DNA from: a virus
Lineage: Duplodnaviria; Caudoviricetes
Virus record (IMG/VR): IMGVR_UViG_3300032232_000441
Coordinates: 1 to 31,753 of that record
Length of the DNA stretch: 31,753 nucleotides
Strand: one strand, 5' to 3'
Position numbers and translations under genes: made by a program. Of this stretch, positions 7,791 to 16,306 are shown one piece after another. The first letter of the stretch is position 1. Each line of letters begins with the position of its first letter. The notes beneath the pieces are model-generated. The model saw only the letters and a list, made by a program, of their open reading frames with translations, ran no database searches and was not told the DNA's origin.

Positions 7791-8095
7791 TGAGCATTTC
7801 GAGCGGAGTTCAAGCAATCATCAACCGTATGGCGTCACACCCGGAGGAGTTCTTTGGGGACAATAGCCCTCAAGCCTCGCGGTGGAACTTTATCTACAAG
7901 GACAACTTCAAGGACATCATGACCGAGCCTGAGAAGGCGGCTATCTACGACGCGCTGAAGGTGGTGCGGCGTCAGCAGTTTGAGACGCTGGTTATGACTA
8001 CGTTGCTACTGCAAGACCAAGATGAAGAAGCGCAAGAAAGCCCCCTGCAAGATCTTAGATTGCCAAATTTTGGCAAGAAGCCAAAAACCAAATGA
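7790..8095 (+). CDS. hypothetical protein (101 aa)
   Basis: TAATG coupling upstream and ATGA coupling to the polymerase. Confidence 0.7.
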   Translation: MSISSGVQAIINRMASHPEEFFGDNSPQASRWNFIYKDNFKDIMTEPEKAAIYDALKVVRRQQFETLVMTTLLLQDQDEEAQESPLQDLRLPNFGKKPKTK

Positions 8096-9924
8096 AAGTT
8101 CTCACCATAGATTTTGAAACCTATTACGACAACAAGTTTTCACTGAGCAAACTGACTACGGAAGAATACGTAAGGGACGAGCAGTTTGAGGTGATTGGTG
8201 TGTCGGTGCAGGTGGACACCGATGAGCCGCAGTGGTTTTCAGGTACGCACGCGCAGACAAAGGCTTTCCTTGAGCAATACAACTTTGAAGAGAACTTGGC
8301 GCTCGCCCACAACGCTATGTTCGATGCTGCTATCTTGGGCTGGAGCTTTGGTGTTAACCCTAGGGGTTGGCTCGATACTCTTAGCATGGCTCGCGCTATA
8401 CACGGTACTGAGGTGGGTGGGAGTCTTAAAACCCTAGCCGAGTACTACGATATCGGTGTGAAGGGTGATGAGGTTATTGCTGCTCAGGGTAAACGCAAGG
8501 CCGACTTCACCGACGTTGAACTGGCTCGGTACGGTGAGTACTGCAAGAACGACACCGCGCTCACCTACAAGCTCTTCCAGTGCATGTCCGATGGGTTCCC
8601 GAAGGTTGAGCTTCGCTTGATTGACCTGACGATCAAGATGTTCTCCGAGCCTGTGTTGCAGCTCAACTCCAATCTACTTGAGGGACACCTAACAAATGTT
8701 AGGGCGATGAAAGATGTATTGATGCAGACCCTAGAAGAGCAAGGGTATACGCGAGAAGATCTAATGAGCAACCCCAAGCTCGCTGAGATTTTGACCCTAC
8801 GAAATGTAGTACCGCCGACTAAGATTAGCGCTGCTACTGACAAGAAGACTTGGGCGTTCTCCAAGACCGACGAAGGATTTAAAGCTCTGCTTGAGCACGA
8901 AGATCCAGTTGTCCAATCCGTAGTAGCCGCAAGACTTGGTGTGAAATCCACGCTTGAAGAAACCCGGACCGAGCGGTTCATCGCCATCGCTCAACGTGGG
9001 CCTATGCCAGTTCCCCTCCGATACTACGCCGCCCATACCGGACGGTGGGGTGGTGACGACAAGCTCAACCTTCAGAACCTTCCCCGCAACAGCCCGTTAA
9101 AGCACGCAATCGTTGCCCCAGTCGGCTATGTCATATTGGACGCGGACTCAGCCCAGATCGAGGCGCGGATCGTTGCGTGGCTGGCTGGTCAGGAGGATCT
9201 GTTAACTGCGTTTACTAATGGCGAGGACGTGTACAAAATCATGGCCTCTTCTATATACGACAAGCCAATCGTAGACATCACCAAGCAAGAGCGGTTCGTA
9301 GGCAAGACCACAATTCTCGGCGCGGGGTACGGAATGGGGGCTACGAAGTTCCAAACCCAACTTAAAAACTTTGGTGTTGATACGCCCATTGAGGAATGTA
9401 AACGCATTATTGACGTATACCGTAAGACCTACCCCAAGATCCCTGAGCTATGGGGTGACGCTCACGACGCGCTGACGGACATGATGGGTAATAAAGTTTC
9501 GGCCCTAGGCCGCGACGGGCTACTTAAAATTGAGGGCAAAAACGGAATCAGGTTGCCCAACGATCTTCTTATTAAGTACCCCAACATTCGCAAAGTACAG
9601 CAGGAAGACGGCAAAAGCGAACTGCTCTATGACACCAAGAAGGGTCGGTCGTTTATACCCACACGGATATACGGCGGGAAGGTGGTGGAGAACCTATGCC
9701 AAGCACTCGCTCGCATAGTAATTGGTGGGCAGATGCTAATGATTGCCAAGAAGTACCGCGTGGTCATGACTGTGCATGATGCCGTGGCGTGCATTGTTCC
9801 AGAAGGAGAGGCAGAACTAGCTAAGGAATACGTTGAATTATGTATGCGCTTACGTCCGGAGTGGGCGCAAGATCTACCGCTTAATTGTGAATCGGGCTAC
9901 GGCCATAGTTATGGAGATTGTTAA
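8092..9924 (+). CDS. polA: phage DNA polymerase, family A, with 3'-5' exonuclease
   Basis: Exo I DFET, Exo II HNAMFD, Exo III YCKND; HTGRW, NLQNLP, motif A DSAQIEAR, motif B KTTILGAGYG, motif C VHDA. Confidence 0.95.
   Translation: MKVLTIDFETYYDNKFSLSKLTTEEYVRDEQFEVIGVSVQVDTDEPQWFSGTHAQTKAFLEQYNFEENLALAHNAMFDAAILGWSFGVNPRGWLDTLSMARAIHGTEVGGSLKTLAEYYDIGVKGDEVIAAQGKRKADFTDVELARYGEYCKNDTALTYKLFQCMSDGFPKVELRLIDLTIKMFSEPVLQLNSNLLEGHLTNVRAMKDVLMQTLEEQGYTREDLMSNPKLAEILTLRNVVPPTKISAATDKKTWAFSKTDEGFKALLEHEDPVVQSVVAARLGVKSTLEETRTERFIAIAQRGPMPVPLRYYAAHTGRWGGDDKLNLQNLPRNSPLKHAIVAPVGYVILDADSAQIEARIVAWLAGQEDLLTAFTNGEDVYKIMASSIYDKPIVDITKQERFVGKTTILGAGYGMGATKFQTQLKNFGVDTPIEECKRIIDVYRKTYPKIPELWGDAHDALTDMMGNKVSALGRDGLLKIEGKNGIRLPNDLLIKYPNIRKVQQEDGKSELLYDTKKGRSFIPTRIYGGKVVENLCQALARIVIGGQMLMIAKKYRVVMTVHDAVACIVPEGEAELAKEYVELCMRLRPEWAQDLPLNCESGYGHSYGDC
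8688..8703. repeat. 16-bp palindrome copy 11 (CCTAACAAATGTTAGG), inside the DNA polymerase gene
   Basis: Read directly; encodes LTNVR. Confidence 0.95.
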
Positions 9925-10119
9925 TTGAAATGTCCTGAGTGTTTATGGCCGATGAAGACCAAAGATACGAGGCAATGGAAAGACACTGCCAGAGATTTTA
10001 ATTGGGTCGAACGGCGCAGAGTATGTTCTTTATGCAATTATCGAGTAATGACAATTGAATTACCCAAAGAAGTTTGGGTTAAATACACGGAAGGTACAAA
10101 TGAAGAACAAAATGTCTGA
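9925..10119 (+). CDS. Zn-ribbon protein resembling the NrdR N-terminal domain
   Basis: MKCPEC...DTR...RRRVCSLC..R..TIE; TTG start with GGAG upstream. Confidence 0.7.
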   Translation: MKCPECLWPMKTKDTRQWKDTARDFNWVERRRVCSLCNYRVMTIELPKEVWVKYTEGTNEEQNV

Positions 10120-10399
10120 AGCTTGGCGTGAATGGTGGTCAATTACTCACGGCAAAAACACCCCGGCGGGTAGCTACAACCCGCTAGAGGCACACATGTA
10201 CGAGGCATGGGTGGCGGCGTGGGATTCGGCAAACGAACACGCTCAGTTTGAGATTACCCATCTTAAAGAACAACTTCTGCGCGTTGGCAACCAACAGGAG
10301 GTCCTTAAAGCCGCATATCTTGCTGGCCAGATGTCTAGGCCAGTCAAAACTTTTTCTGGCAACCAGCCAAATTACGTTATCCCACCGGAAACAGAATGA
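10100..10399 (+). CDS. hypothetical protein (about 99 aa)
   Basis: ORF in coupled gene run; ATG 10100 after GAAGG. Confidence 0.65.
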   Translation: MKNKMSEAWREWWSITHGKNTPAGSYNPLEAHMYEAWVAAWDSANEHAQFEITHLKEQLLRVGNQQEVLKAAYLAGQMSRPVKTFSGNQPNYVIPPETE

Positions 10400-10536
10400 T
10401 CCACAACTGCCAGCAGTGCAGAGTGAACCCTGCGACACATAAAGTGCCGGTATCAAAAGGCAAAGGCTTTCGCTGGAAGTGTGAGGCGTGTTTCAAAAAG
10501 ATAGGCACAAGCGGATTTAAGGACAAAGTGGCGTGA
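10396..10536 (+). CDS. small Zn-finger protein (46 aa)
   Basis: MIHNCQQC...WKCEACFKK...; ATGA overlap at start and GTGA overlap at end. Confidence 0.6.
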   Translation: MIHNCQQCRVNPATHKVPVSKGKGFRWKCEACFKKIGTSGFKDKVA

Positions 10537-10805
10537 TGGGACGCAAACGGGGTAAATCAAATGGATGGCAATGGGCAAATGCTATTGCTTATGCGGGGGA
10601 TGTTATGTCCATCCCATTTGAGCCTCCGGACAGACGCACCTTTGATGATGTAAAGCTCATCACCCGCCCTGACTGGACGCATTACGCCGAGTGCATCCCT
10701 TCAACGGATGACCACTTCGACAGACTGTTGCGTTCCGGGGTTGTGTTGGTCAAAGAGAAAATAACTTGGGATGTAAATTGGACAGGAAATACTTATGAGG
10801 TTTAA
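10533..10805 (+). CDS. hypothetical protein
   Basis: ORF track; start uncertain (10533, 10536 or an internal ATG). Confidence 0.5.
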   Translation: MMGRKRGKSNGWQWANAIAYAGDVMSIPFEPPDRRTFDDVKLITRPDWTHYAECIPSTDDHFDRLLRSGVVLVKEKITWDVNWTGNTYEV

Positions 10806-10831
10806 AGAAGCAACAAGGAGAGAGAAATCAC

Positions 10832-11035
10832 ATGAAGCACTGCTGGTCTAAGAAACTGTACTACGTATGTTGTCGTTGGATTGATTACCCCCAAGGCGGC
10901 GGTCGAAACTTTATTGCAACTAAACATCTAGGCAGAGCGCGGTATTACGCCAAGCGTTTAAGGCTTAAAGAACGGCAAATTGATGTATGGGAAAAGGGTA
11001 AGAAAAAATATGTTTTGAAAGGGAGTTGGCTATGA
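10832..11035 (+). CDS. small basic hypothetical protein (67 aa)
   Basis: AAGGAG RBS; ATGA coupling to next gene. Confidence 0.65.
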   Translation: MKHCWSKKLYYVCCRWIDYPQGGGRNFIATKHLGRARYYAKRLRLKERQIDVWEKGKKKYVLKGSWL

Positions 11036-11277
11036 CTGATCGAGAACTTATGGAAAAAGCGTGTGAGTTCTTATTAAGTTTTAGCGTTGGAGAACGCTTA
11101 GACGCTTCAAAAGTTAACGACTTAATCTACGCCCTGCGCAACAGACTGGCGCAACCAGAGCGTCAGTGGGTTGGTTTGACTAAAGAAGAGGCAAAAGAAA
11201 TTTCGCTGGCGAACCGTCCGTATGTCATAGACATGATAGCCGCGCTTGAAGCGAGGCTGAAGGAGAAGAACACATGA
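11032..11277 (+). CDS. phage hypothetical protein
   Basis: MTDRELM...WVGLT.EE...EARLKEKNT pattern typical of small phage accessory proteins; coupled at both ends. Confidence 0.7.
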   Translation: MTDRELMEKACEFLLSFSVGERLDASKVNDLIYALRNRLAQPERQWVGLTKEEAKEISLANRPYVIDMIAALEARLKEKNT

Positions 11278-11447
11278 AAACCAAAGAAGAAATCAAAGAC
11301 GAAATTAAAGAACTGTGCGGGGCGAACGAAGCCTTGAGTGAAATAATGGACATGCTTCACGCGCAAAGTATGGAGAAGATGAAGAAGATGTTTGCGCTGA
11401 ATCAAATGCTCAAAAACATGGATGACGAGGAACAAAGTGGTGGCTAA
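11274..11447 (+). CDS. small helical protein (57 aa)
   Basis: AAGGAG RBS, ATGA overlap; MKTKEEIKDEIKELCGANEALSEIMDMLHAQ... Confidence 0.65.
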   Translation: MKTKEEIKDEIKELCGANEALSEIMDMLHAQSMEKMKKMFALNQMLKNMDDEEQSGG

Positions 11448-11580
11448 GTTTATGTGTTGGCTATTCGGCCACAGAAAAACAATCAGTTGCATAGACGCAC
11501 ATTACCGTCACACACATGACAGGTGCGAGCGGTGCGGCGTTGTTCTGCCAATTGTAAAATTTTATGAGGATTGGTCATGA
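11437..11580 (+). CDS. DUF1660-like small Cys/His protein (47 aa)
   Basis: GAGG RBS, GTG start; CWLFGH...RCERCG. Confidence 0.6.
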   Translation: MVAKFMCWLFGHRKTISCIDAHYRHTHDRCERCGVVLPIVKFYEDWS

Positions 11581-11852
11581 AAGAACCCTACCCACGCTGC
11601 TTTGACACCGCTCAGCAGTATGGTGCATGGAAGCAAGCAGCACGGGGATGCTACCCGTCGCCCGGACACAGCTACTGCGAAGACTGTACGCCAGATTTTC
11701 AAGCTAAAATGATCTTAGAGAGCCGATGCGCCTTCCCCGGTACTACGTTTTCCACTGGGCCTGACGGGGGCCTACAAGGTAAACGATCCCTATACGAAGT
11801 AAGGCTAATTAAGTCCGGGGTTGAAATTACTATACCGACAATAAAGTACTAA
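11577..11852 (+). CDS. Cys-containing hypothetical protein (91 aa)
   Basis: GAGG RBS, ATGA overlap; PRCF...YCEDC...RC. Confidence 0.7.
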   Translation: MKEPYPRCFDTAQQYGAWKQAARGCYPSPGHSYCEDCTPDFQAKMILESRCAFPGTTFSTGPDGGLQGKRSLYEVRLIKSGVEITIPTIKY

Positions 11853-12016
11853 TGAAGTTGACTATGAAGATAACCATTTCCTTTGAGGCTGATATCGACG
11901 AAGTTAATGTACCCGCATTACAGGAGTTTGTAGATAGCCTTGATATTAGCTCTATGAAGATCCATTCCGAAGTATATGACCGTGAAGAATTTGCAACCAA
12001 CGAGGCGGAACAATGA
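11852..12016 (+). CDS. small acidic hypothetical protein (54 aa)
   Basis: TAATG and ATGA couplings on both sides; MKLTMKITISFEADIDEVNVPALQEF... Confidence 0.55.
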   Translation: MKLTMKITISFEADIDEVNVPALQEFVDSLDISSMKIHSEVYDREEFATNEAEQ

Positions 12017-12213
12017 TCGATTACACCTACCCACTGCTAATGGCTCAGCAAGAACTGAAGTCAATGTATGACGCCATGCAGGAAAACGAACATGAGCTAG
12101 CACTCAAACATGCGTACGGTGCTTTAGCGGAAACTAAGCTACTTTGTGCGATGGTCAAAGAACTAATGGACAAACACAAATATTATGCGCAACAACGAAA
12201 GACACAGAGCTGA
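12013..12213 (+). CDS. hypothetical protein (66 aa)
   Basis: GAGG RBS, ORF track. Confidence 0.7.
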   Translation: MIDYTYPLLMAQQELKSMYDAMQENEHELALKHAYGALAETKLLCAMVKELMDKHKYYAQQRKTQS

Positions 12214-12340
12214 AGAGAAGTATGAACCGGAAGAAAAGAAAGGGCTGTTTGACCCCCCTATCTTCTGGTCGGACGTTCACAAGTACTGGAAAGAGCTGTT
12301 TAAAATAGCCGCAGCGAAGAAGTACCCAACTGACGACTAG
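12185..12340 (+). CDS. possible small protein (51 aa)
   Basis: Open frame fills the gap before the nuclease (...LFDPPIFWSDVHKYWKELFK...); no clear RBS. Confidence 0.35.
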   Translation: MRNNERHRAEEKYEPEEKKGLFDPPIFWSDVHKYWKELFKIAAAKKYPTDD

Positions 12341-12348
12341 GAATTAGC

Positions 12349-13011
12349 ATGGATTTCGTCTGGTCGCACAGCAGTCTGAAGACGTTTCAACAATGCCCCA
12401 AAAAGTACTACCACTTAAAGGTAGCTAAAGACATTGTTGACACTCCGCATGAGTCGGCGTTATACGGCTCTGCCGTACACCTAGCAGCGGAGGAGCACGT
12501 TCGAGATGGCAAGCCTGTGCCAAACAAGTACAGCTACATGAACCCCATTCTTGACTCGCTTAACAAGATTGAGGGTGAGAAGTACTGCGAAATAAAGCTT
12601 GGGCTGACCCGAGACTTGGAGTACTGCGATTTTGATGCGAGTAACGTTTGGTGGCACGGTATCGTTGACCTGCTGATTGTAGATTCTTCTACAGGCTTAG
12701 CGCATATGGTTGACTACAAGACCAGCAAAAACGCTAGGTACGCCGACACTCAACAGCTAGACTTGATGGCTGTGGCTGTATTTGCTAGGTTCCCGGAAGT
12801 ACAGAAGATCAAATCAGCCCTGCTGTTTGTAGTTAGCAACGAGTTTGTAAGCAAAGAGCACTACGTTGAGAACCGTAGTCAATACATGGATGGGGCTATG
12901 CCCGACCTACGCCGACTGAGTTCTGCGTTTGAGAGTGGTGTGTGGAACCCAATCAGTGGCCCTTTGTGCCGATTCTGTCCCGTCAAAACCTGTGAGCACA
13001 ATAGGAGTTAA
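12349..13011 (+). CDS. PD-(D/E)XK (RecB/Cas4-like) exonuclease
   Basis: WSHSSL..F.QCP, G...H, GIVD...VDYKT, QL..., C-terminal LCRFCP...C (possible Fe-S staple). Confidence 0.85.
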   Translation: MDFVWSHSSLKTFQQCPKKYYHLKVAKDIVDTPHESALYGSAVHLAAEEHVRDGKPVPNKYSYMNPILDSLNKIEGEKYCEIKLGLTRDLEYCDFDASNVWWHGIVDLLIVDSSTGLAHMVDYKTSKNARYADTQQLDLMAVAVFARFPEVQKIKSALLFVVSNEFVSKEHYVENRSQYMDGAMPDLRRLSSAFESGVWNPISGPLCRFCPVKTCEHNRS

Positions 13012-13013
13012 TC

Positions 13014-13268
13014 GTGCCCTATACCAAAACCCCCCGACCATATAAGCATGAGTACCAGAAGGAACTTGCGCGTGGTGAACATGAAGCCCGTATGGAACGT
13101 CAACGCGCTCGCAACAAGCTCGATCAAAAGGGCGTAGACCGTACGGGCAAAGATGTGTCCCATACAAAAGCACTAGCCAAGGGCGGCACTAACGCTGATG
13201 GGTATAAGTTAGAAAGCCCAAGCAAGAACCGCAGTCGCAACCTGCACCACAAAGGCGAGAAGAAGTAA
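13014..13268 (+). CDS. short HNH-like protein
   Basis: GKDVSH.K.L.KGG.N...SPSKNRSRN; AGGAG RBS, GTG start. Confidence 0.65.
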   Translation: MPYTKTPRPYKHEYQKELARGEHEARMERQRARNKLDQKGVDRTGKDVSHTKALAKGGTNADGYKLESPSKNRSRNLHHKGEKK

Positions 13269-14669
13269 TTGGAAATGCAAGATTACTTGTTGGGCTACAA
13301 CTGGCCCTGCCCACCCGGACTACTACCATTTAACCACCAGAAAGAAACCGCAGCGTTTCTGGCAAGTCACAGGAAAGCATTCTGCTTTAACGAGCAGGGT
13401 ACTGGGAAGACCGCCTCGGTCATATGGGCTACCGACTACTTAATGAAGAAGCAGTTGATCAAGCGCGTGCTGGTGATATGCCCTTTGTCCATCATGCACT
13501 CGGCTTGGCAGCAAGATCTGTTTAAGTTCGCTGTACATCGTAAAGTAGATGTAGCTCACGGAAACCCAAGTAAACGCAAAGAAATAATTAAAGGTCTCGC
13601 CGACTACGTCATCATCAACTTTGATGGGGTTGAGATCGTCAAGCAGGAGATCATCAACGGTGGGTTTGACTTGGTTGTGGTGGACGAAGCGTCAGCCTAC
13701 AAGACTGCGACCACTACGAGATGGAAAGTCCTGCGCGACATTATGAAGACGGTTAAAGGACTGTGGATGCTGACGGGTACTCCTGCTGCACAGTCACCTG
13801 TGGATGCGTACGGACTGGCTAAGTTGGTAAACCCTACTGGGATACCAATGTTCTTCTCCGAGTTCATGAACCAAGTAATGTTTCCGGTGAGTCAATACCG
13901 TTGGCTACCCAAACCGGAAGCCACAACCATAGTCCACAAGGTGTTGCAGCCAGCAATTAGGTTTGAGAAAGCCGACTGCTTAGATCTACCGGAAGTTGTG
14001 TACGTGGATCGGGACGCACCTATGACACCGCAACAGGCCAAGTACTACAAAGAACTAAAGCAGGAGATGCTGATAGAAGCAGCGGGCGAAGAGATTACAG
14101 CGGTTAACGCAGCAGTTAAGCTCAACAAGCTACTTCAGATAGCGTGCGGTGCGGTGTACACCGACAACCGTGAAGTGGTGGACTTTGATGCCAAGAGCCG
14201 ACTGCAAGCAGTCAAGGAAGTAATAGAGGAAGCGTCACACAAGGTGTTGGTGTTTGTTCCGTTCACGCACACCATCCACATCATCAATCAGTACCTGACC
14301 AAGCATGGGATCAAGTGCGCAATCATCAACGGCGAAGTGCCGGTGGCTAAGCGCAGTAAGATCATCAAGGACTTCCAAGAGAAGACCGACCCCCATGTGT
14401 TAATTATTCAACCGCAGGCGGCTTCTCACGGATTAACACTTACCGCAGCAGACACAATAGTTTGGTATGCGCCCGTGACCAGCGTAGAAACGTACCTTCA
14501 AGCAAACGCCCGCATCAACCGCCCCGGTCAGAAGAACGCCATGACCGTAGTGCATATCAACGGGTCACCCATCGAAAGCAGGTTGTACAGCATGTTGCGC
14601 AGCAACATAGGCAACCACGAAAAAATTATAGAGCTGTACCGTCAAGAGCTTGACATTGTTCAGAGTTAG
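13269..14669 (+). CDS. SNF2-like superfamily 2 helicase
   Basis: PFNHQ, QGTGKT, ICPLS, VVDEAS, LTGTP, GLTLTAA, QANARINRPGQ; start 13269 or 13275. Confidence 0.9.
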   Translation: MEMQDYLLGYNWPCPPGLLPFNHQKETAAFLASHRKAFCFNEQGTGKTASVIWATDYLMKKQLIKRVLVICPLSIMHSAWQQDLFKFAVHRKVDVAHGNPSKRKEIIKGLADYVIINFDGVEIVKQEIINGGFDLVVVDEASAYKTATTTRWKVLRDIMKTVKGLWMLTGTPAAQSPVDAYGLAKLVNPTGIPMFFSEFMNQVMFPVSQYRWLPKPEATTIVHKVLQPAIRFEKADCLDLPEVVYVDRDAPMTPQQAKYYKELKQEMLIEAAGEEITAVNAAVKLNKLLQIACGAVYTDNREVVDFDAKSRLQAVKEVIEEASHKVLVFVPFTHTIHIINQYLTKHGIKCAIINGEVPVAKRSKIIKDFQEKTDPHVLIIQPQAASHGLTLTAADTIVWYAPVTSVETYLQANARINRPGQKNAMTVVHINGSPIESRLYSMLRSNIGNHEKIIELYRQELDIVQS

Positions 14670-14677
14670 TGTATAGT
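14650..14677 (+). promoter_or_regulatory. sigma70-type promoter overlapping the helicase 3' end
   Basis: TTGACA (14650-14655), 16 bp, TATAGT (14672-14677), upstream of GGAGG RBS. Confidence 0.65.
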
Positions 14678-14718
14678 AGAGGTTGTGGGGGTTACCCACT
14701 TAGCAATTGGAGGGTTAG

Positions 14719-15153
14719 ATGGAAATTGAGGCTAGTGAAGTTGCCGTAGAAGACGGCGCACCAACCTTGGAGCAGTTGACCAAGGTGTACATCAAGATCC
14801 GTGACAATCGTAGGGTGCTTGAACAGGCGTTCAAGGTCGAGGACGAGAAGTTGCAGGAGCAAATACGAGCGATTGAAGAGCAGATGTTAGACATTTGCAA
14901 GAAGTTCAACGCAAGTAGCATCAAGACAGAAGCAGGGACAATCATCCGTTCAGTCAAATCGCGGTACTGGACGAACGATTGGGATTCTATGTACCAATTC
15001 ATCCGTGAAAACAGTGCATTCGCTCTGCTAGAGAGACGGCTTCATCAGTCACATATGAAGCAGTTCCTTGAAGAGAATCCAGACCTTACCCCCGCTGGAC
15101 TCAACGTGGATAAGGAATACACCGTGGTTGTTAGACGTTCTAAAGAAGGTTAG
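14719..15153 (+). CDS. phage replication-module hypothetical protein (coiled-coil N-terminus)
   Basis: GGAGG RBS; 144 aa; SIKTEAGT..., DWDSMYQFI..., LLERR. Confidence 0.8.
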   Translation: MEIEASEVAVEDGAPTLEQLTKVYIKIRDNRRVLEQAFKVEDEKLQEQIRAIEEQMLDICKKFNASSIKTEAGTIIRSVKSRYWTNDWDSMYQFIRENSAFALLERRLHQSHMKQFLEENPDLTPAGLNVDKEYTVVVRRSKEG

Positions 15154-15156
15154 AAA

Positions 15157-16014
15157 ATGGCTAATTTGCAATTGATGGATCAAGCACTCCCCGACTTCCT
15201 TCAGAATTCGGGTGTCAGCGAACTCACCAAGACCCTTGCCGGTCGCTCTGGCGTCAAACGGATCGTGCCCAAGAACGGGATCTTCCGCTTGGTAGTCGGT
15301 GGTGAGGAGATGGGCAAGGTAAAGGGTGACCTTAACGTGGTCATCGTTAACGCTGCACCGAAGGTAGGACGCATCTTCTACGCTAAGTCATGGAGCCCAG
15401 ATGCCGAACCAACCGCGCCCGACTGCTTCTCAAACGACGGTAAAACACCTGATGCTAAGGCGTCTAATCCACAGGCATCAAACTGTGATGACTGCCCCAA
15501 CAACATCAAGGGTTCAGGCCAAGGTAACTCCAAAGCTTGCCGTTACTCACGTAGGTTGGCGGTGTTGCTGGAACAGGATTTTGGGACTAATCTTGAAGGT
15601 GAGGTGTATCAACTGAACCTAGCTTCCAAGTCGTTGTTCGGTGATGGTGGCGACGGTACGTACACCTTTGAGAACTACACCAAGTACCTTAGCAGCAACG
15701 GCAAGAGCATTGATTTTGTTGTGAGCCAAGTATCTTTCAACGAAAACAATGACAACCAGTCGGTGTTGTTTAGTCCAGCTCGGTACATCAACCGCCCTGA
15801 ATACGACGTTGTTCAGAAGGTTGCCGGTACAGACAAGACGAAGGCACTTGTTGTAATGACACCGTCCCAAGCGGATGGTGTTACCAAGCAACCCGCTACG
15901 TTAGCTGCACCCGTGGATGAGCCGGTCAAGCGAGCTTCTAAGAAGGCTGAGGAACCCCCAGCCGAGAAAAAGAAGTTAGCCGACGTCATCAGCGCGTGGA
16001 GCGATGAGGACTAA
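15157..16014 (+). CDS. putative single-stranded DNA-binding / annealing protein
   Basis: Beta-rich core with PDCFS..CDDCP..KAC, flexible tail ending in acidic WSDED; position in the replication module; function inferred. Confidence 0.55.
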   Translation: MANLQLMDQALPDFLQNSGVSELTKTLAGRSGVKRIVPKNGIFRLVVGGEEMGKVKGDLNVVIVNAAPKVGRIFYAKSWSPDAEPTAPDCFSNDGKTPDAKASNPQASNCDDCPNNIKGSGQGNSKACRYSRRLAVLLEQDFGTNLEGEVYQLNLASKSLFGDGGDGTYTFENYTKYLSSNGKSIDFVVSQVSFNENNDNQSVLFSPARYINRPEYDVVQKVAGTDKTKALVVMTPSQADGVTKQPATLAAPVDEPVKRASKKAEEPPAEKKKLADVISAWSDED

Positions 16015-16016
16015 GT

Positions 16017-16253
16017 ATGAGTTACGGATACAGCCAACGATTAGCCGAAGCTTGTAGTAAAGCGCAATCTGATTCAGTTGGCATGATGCTTGGACGTTTG
16101 TGCATTGAGCGAAGTATTCCTGTTAATAACATAGCCGAAAGGTTTGGTGTATCCCGCACCACAGTTTACAACTGGTTCTGGGGTGTGCATCAGCCTAAGT
16201 CTTCGTTGAAGCAGCAGATACTTCCGTTCATTGAGAAGCTAACCAAGCAGTAA
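16017..16253 (+). CDS. Cro/XRE-like helix-turn-helix protein
   Basis: VNNIAERFGVSRTTVYNWFWG..QP; GAGGA RBS. Confidence 0.85.
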   Translation: MSYGYSQRLAEACSKAQSDSVGMMLGRLCIERSIPVNNIAERFGVSRTTVYNWFWGVHQPKSSLKQQILPFIEKLTKQ

Positions 16254-16260
16254 TCCGGGT

Positions 16261-16294
16261 GGCGGGGCTTCGGCCCCGCTTCTGTCCTTCTTTT
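16261..16294 (+). terminator. C(UUCG)G hairpin, probable leaky terminator
   Basis: GCGGGGC-TTCG-GCCCCGC followed by an interrupted pyrimidine tract. Confidence 0.6.
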
Positions 16295-16306
16295 CCCCCC
16301 AGAGAT

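Noticed and set aside
231-8703. Palindrome series as a CRISPR array, REP/MITE family or integron attC sites
   Set aside because: Copies are only 16 bp, hundreds of bases apart, often inside intact genes, with no spacer periodicity, target duplication, cas genes, transposase or integrase in the window
12349-13011. Cas4-like nuclease as evidence of a CRISPR-Cas system
   Set aside because: Stand-alone PD-(D/E)XK nucleases are usual in phage replication modules; no array or other cas genes are present
16259-16306. GTG start of the primase at 16259
   Set aside because: It lies at the UUCG hairpin with no RBS; ATG 16307 is more plausible
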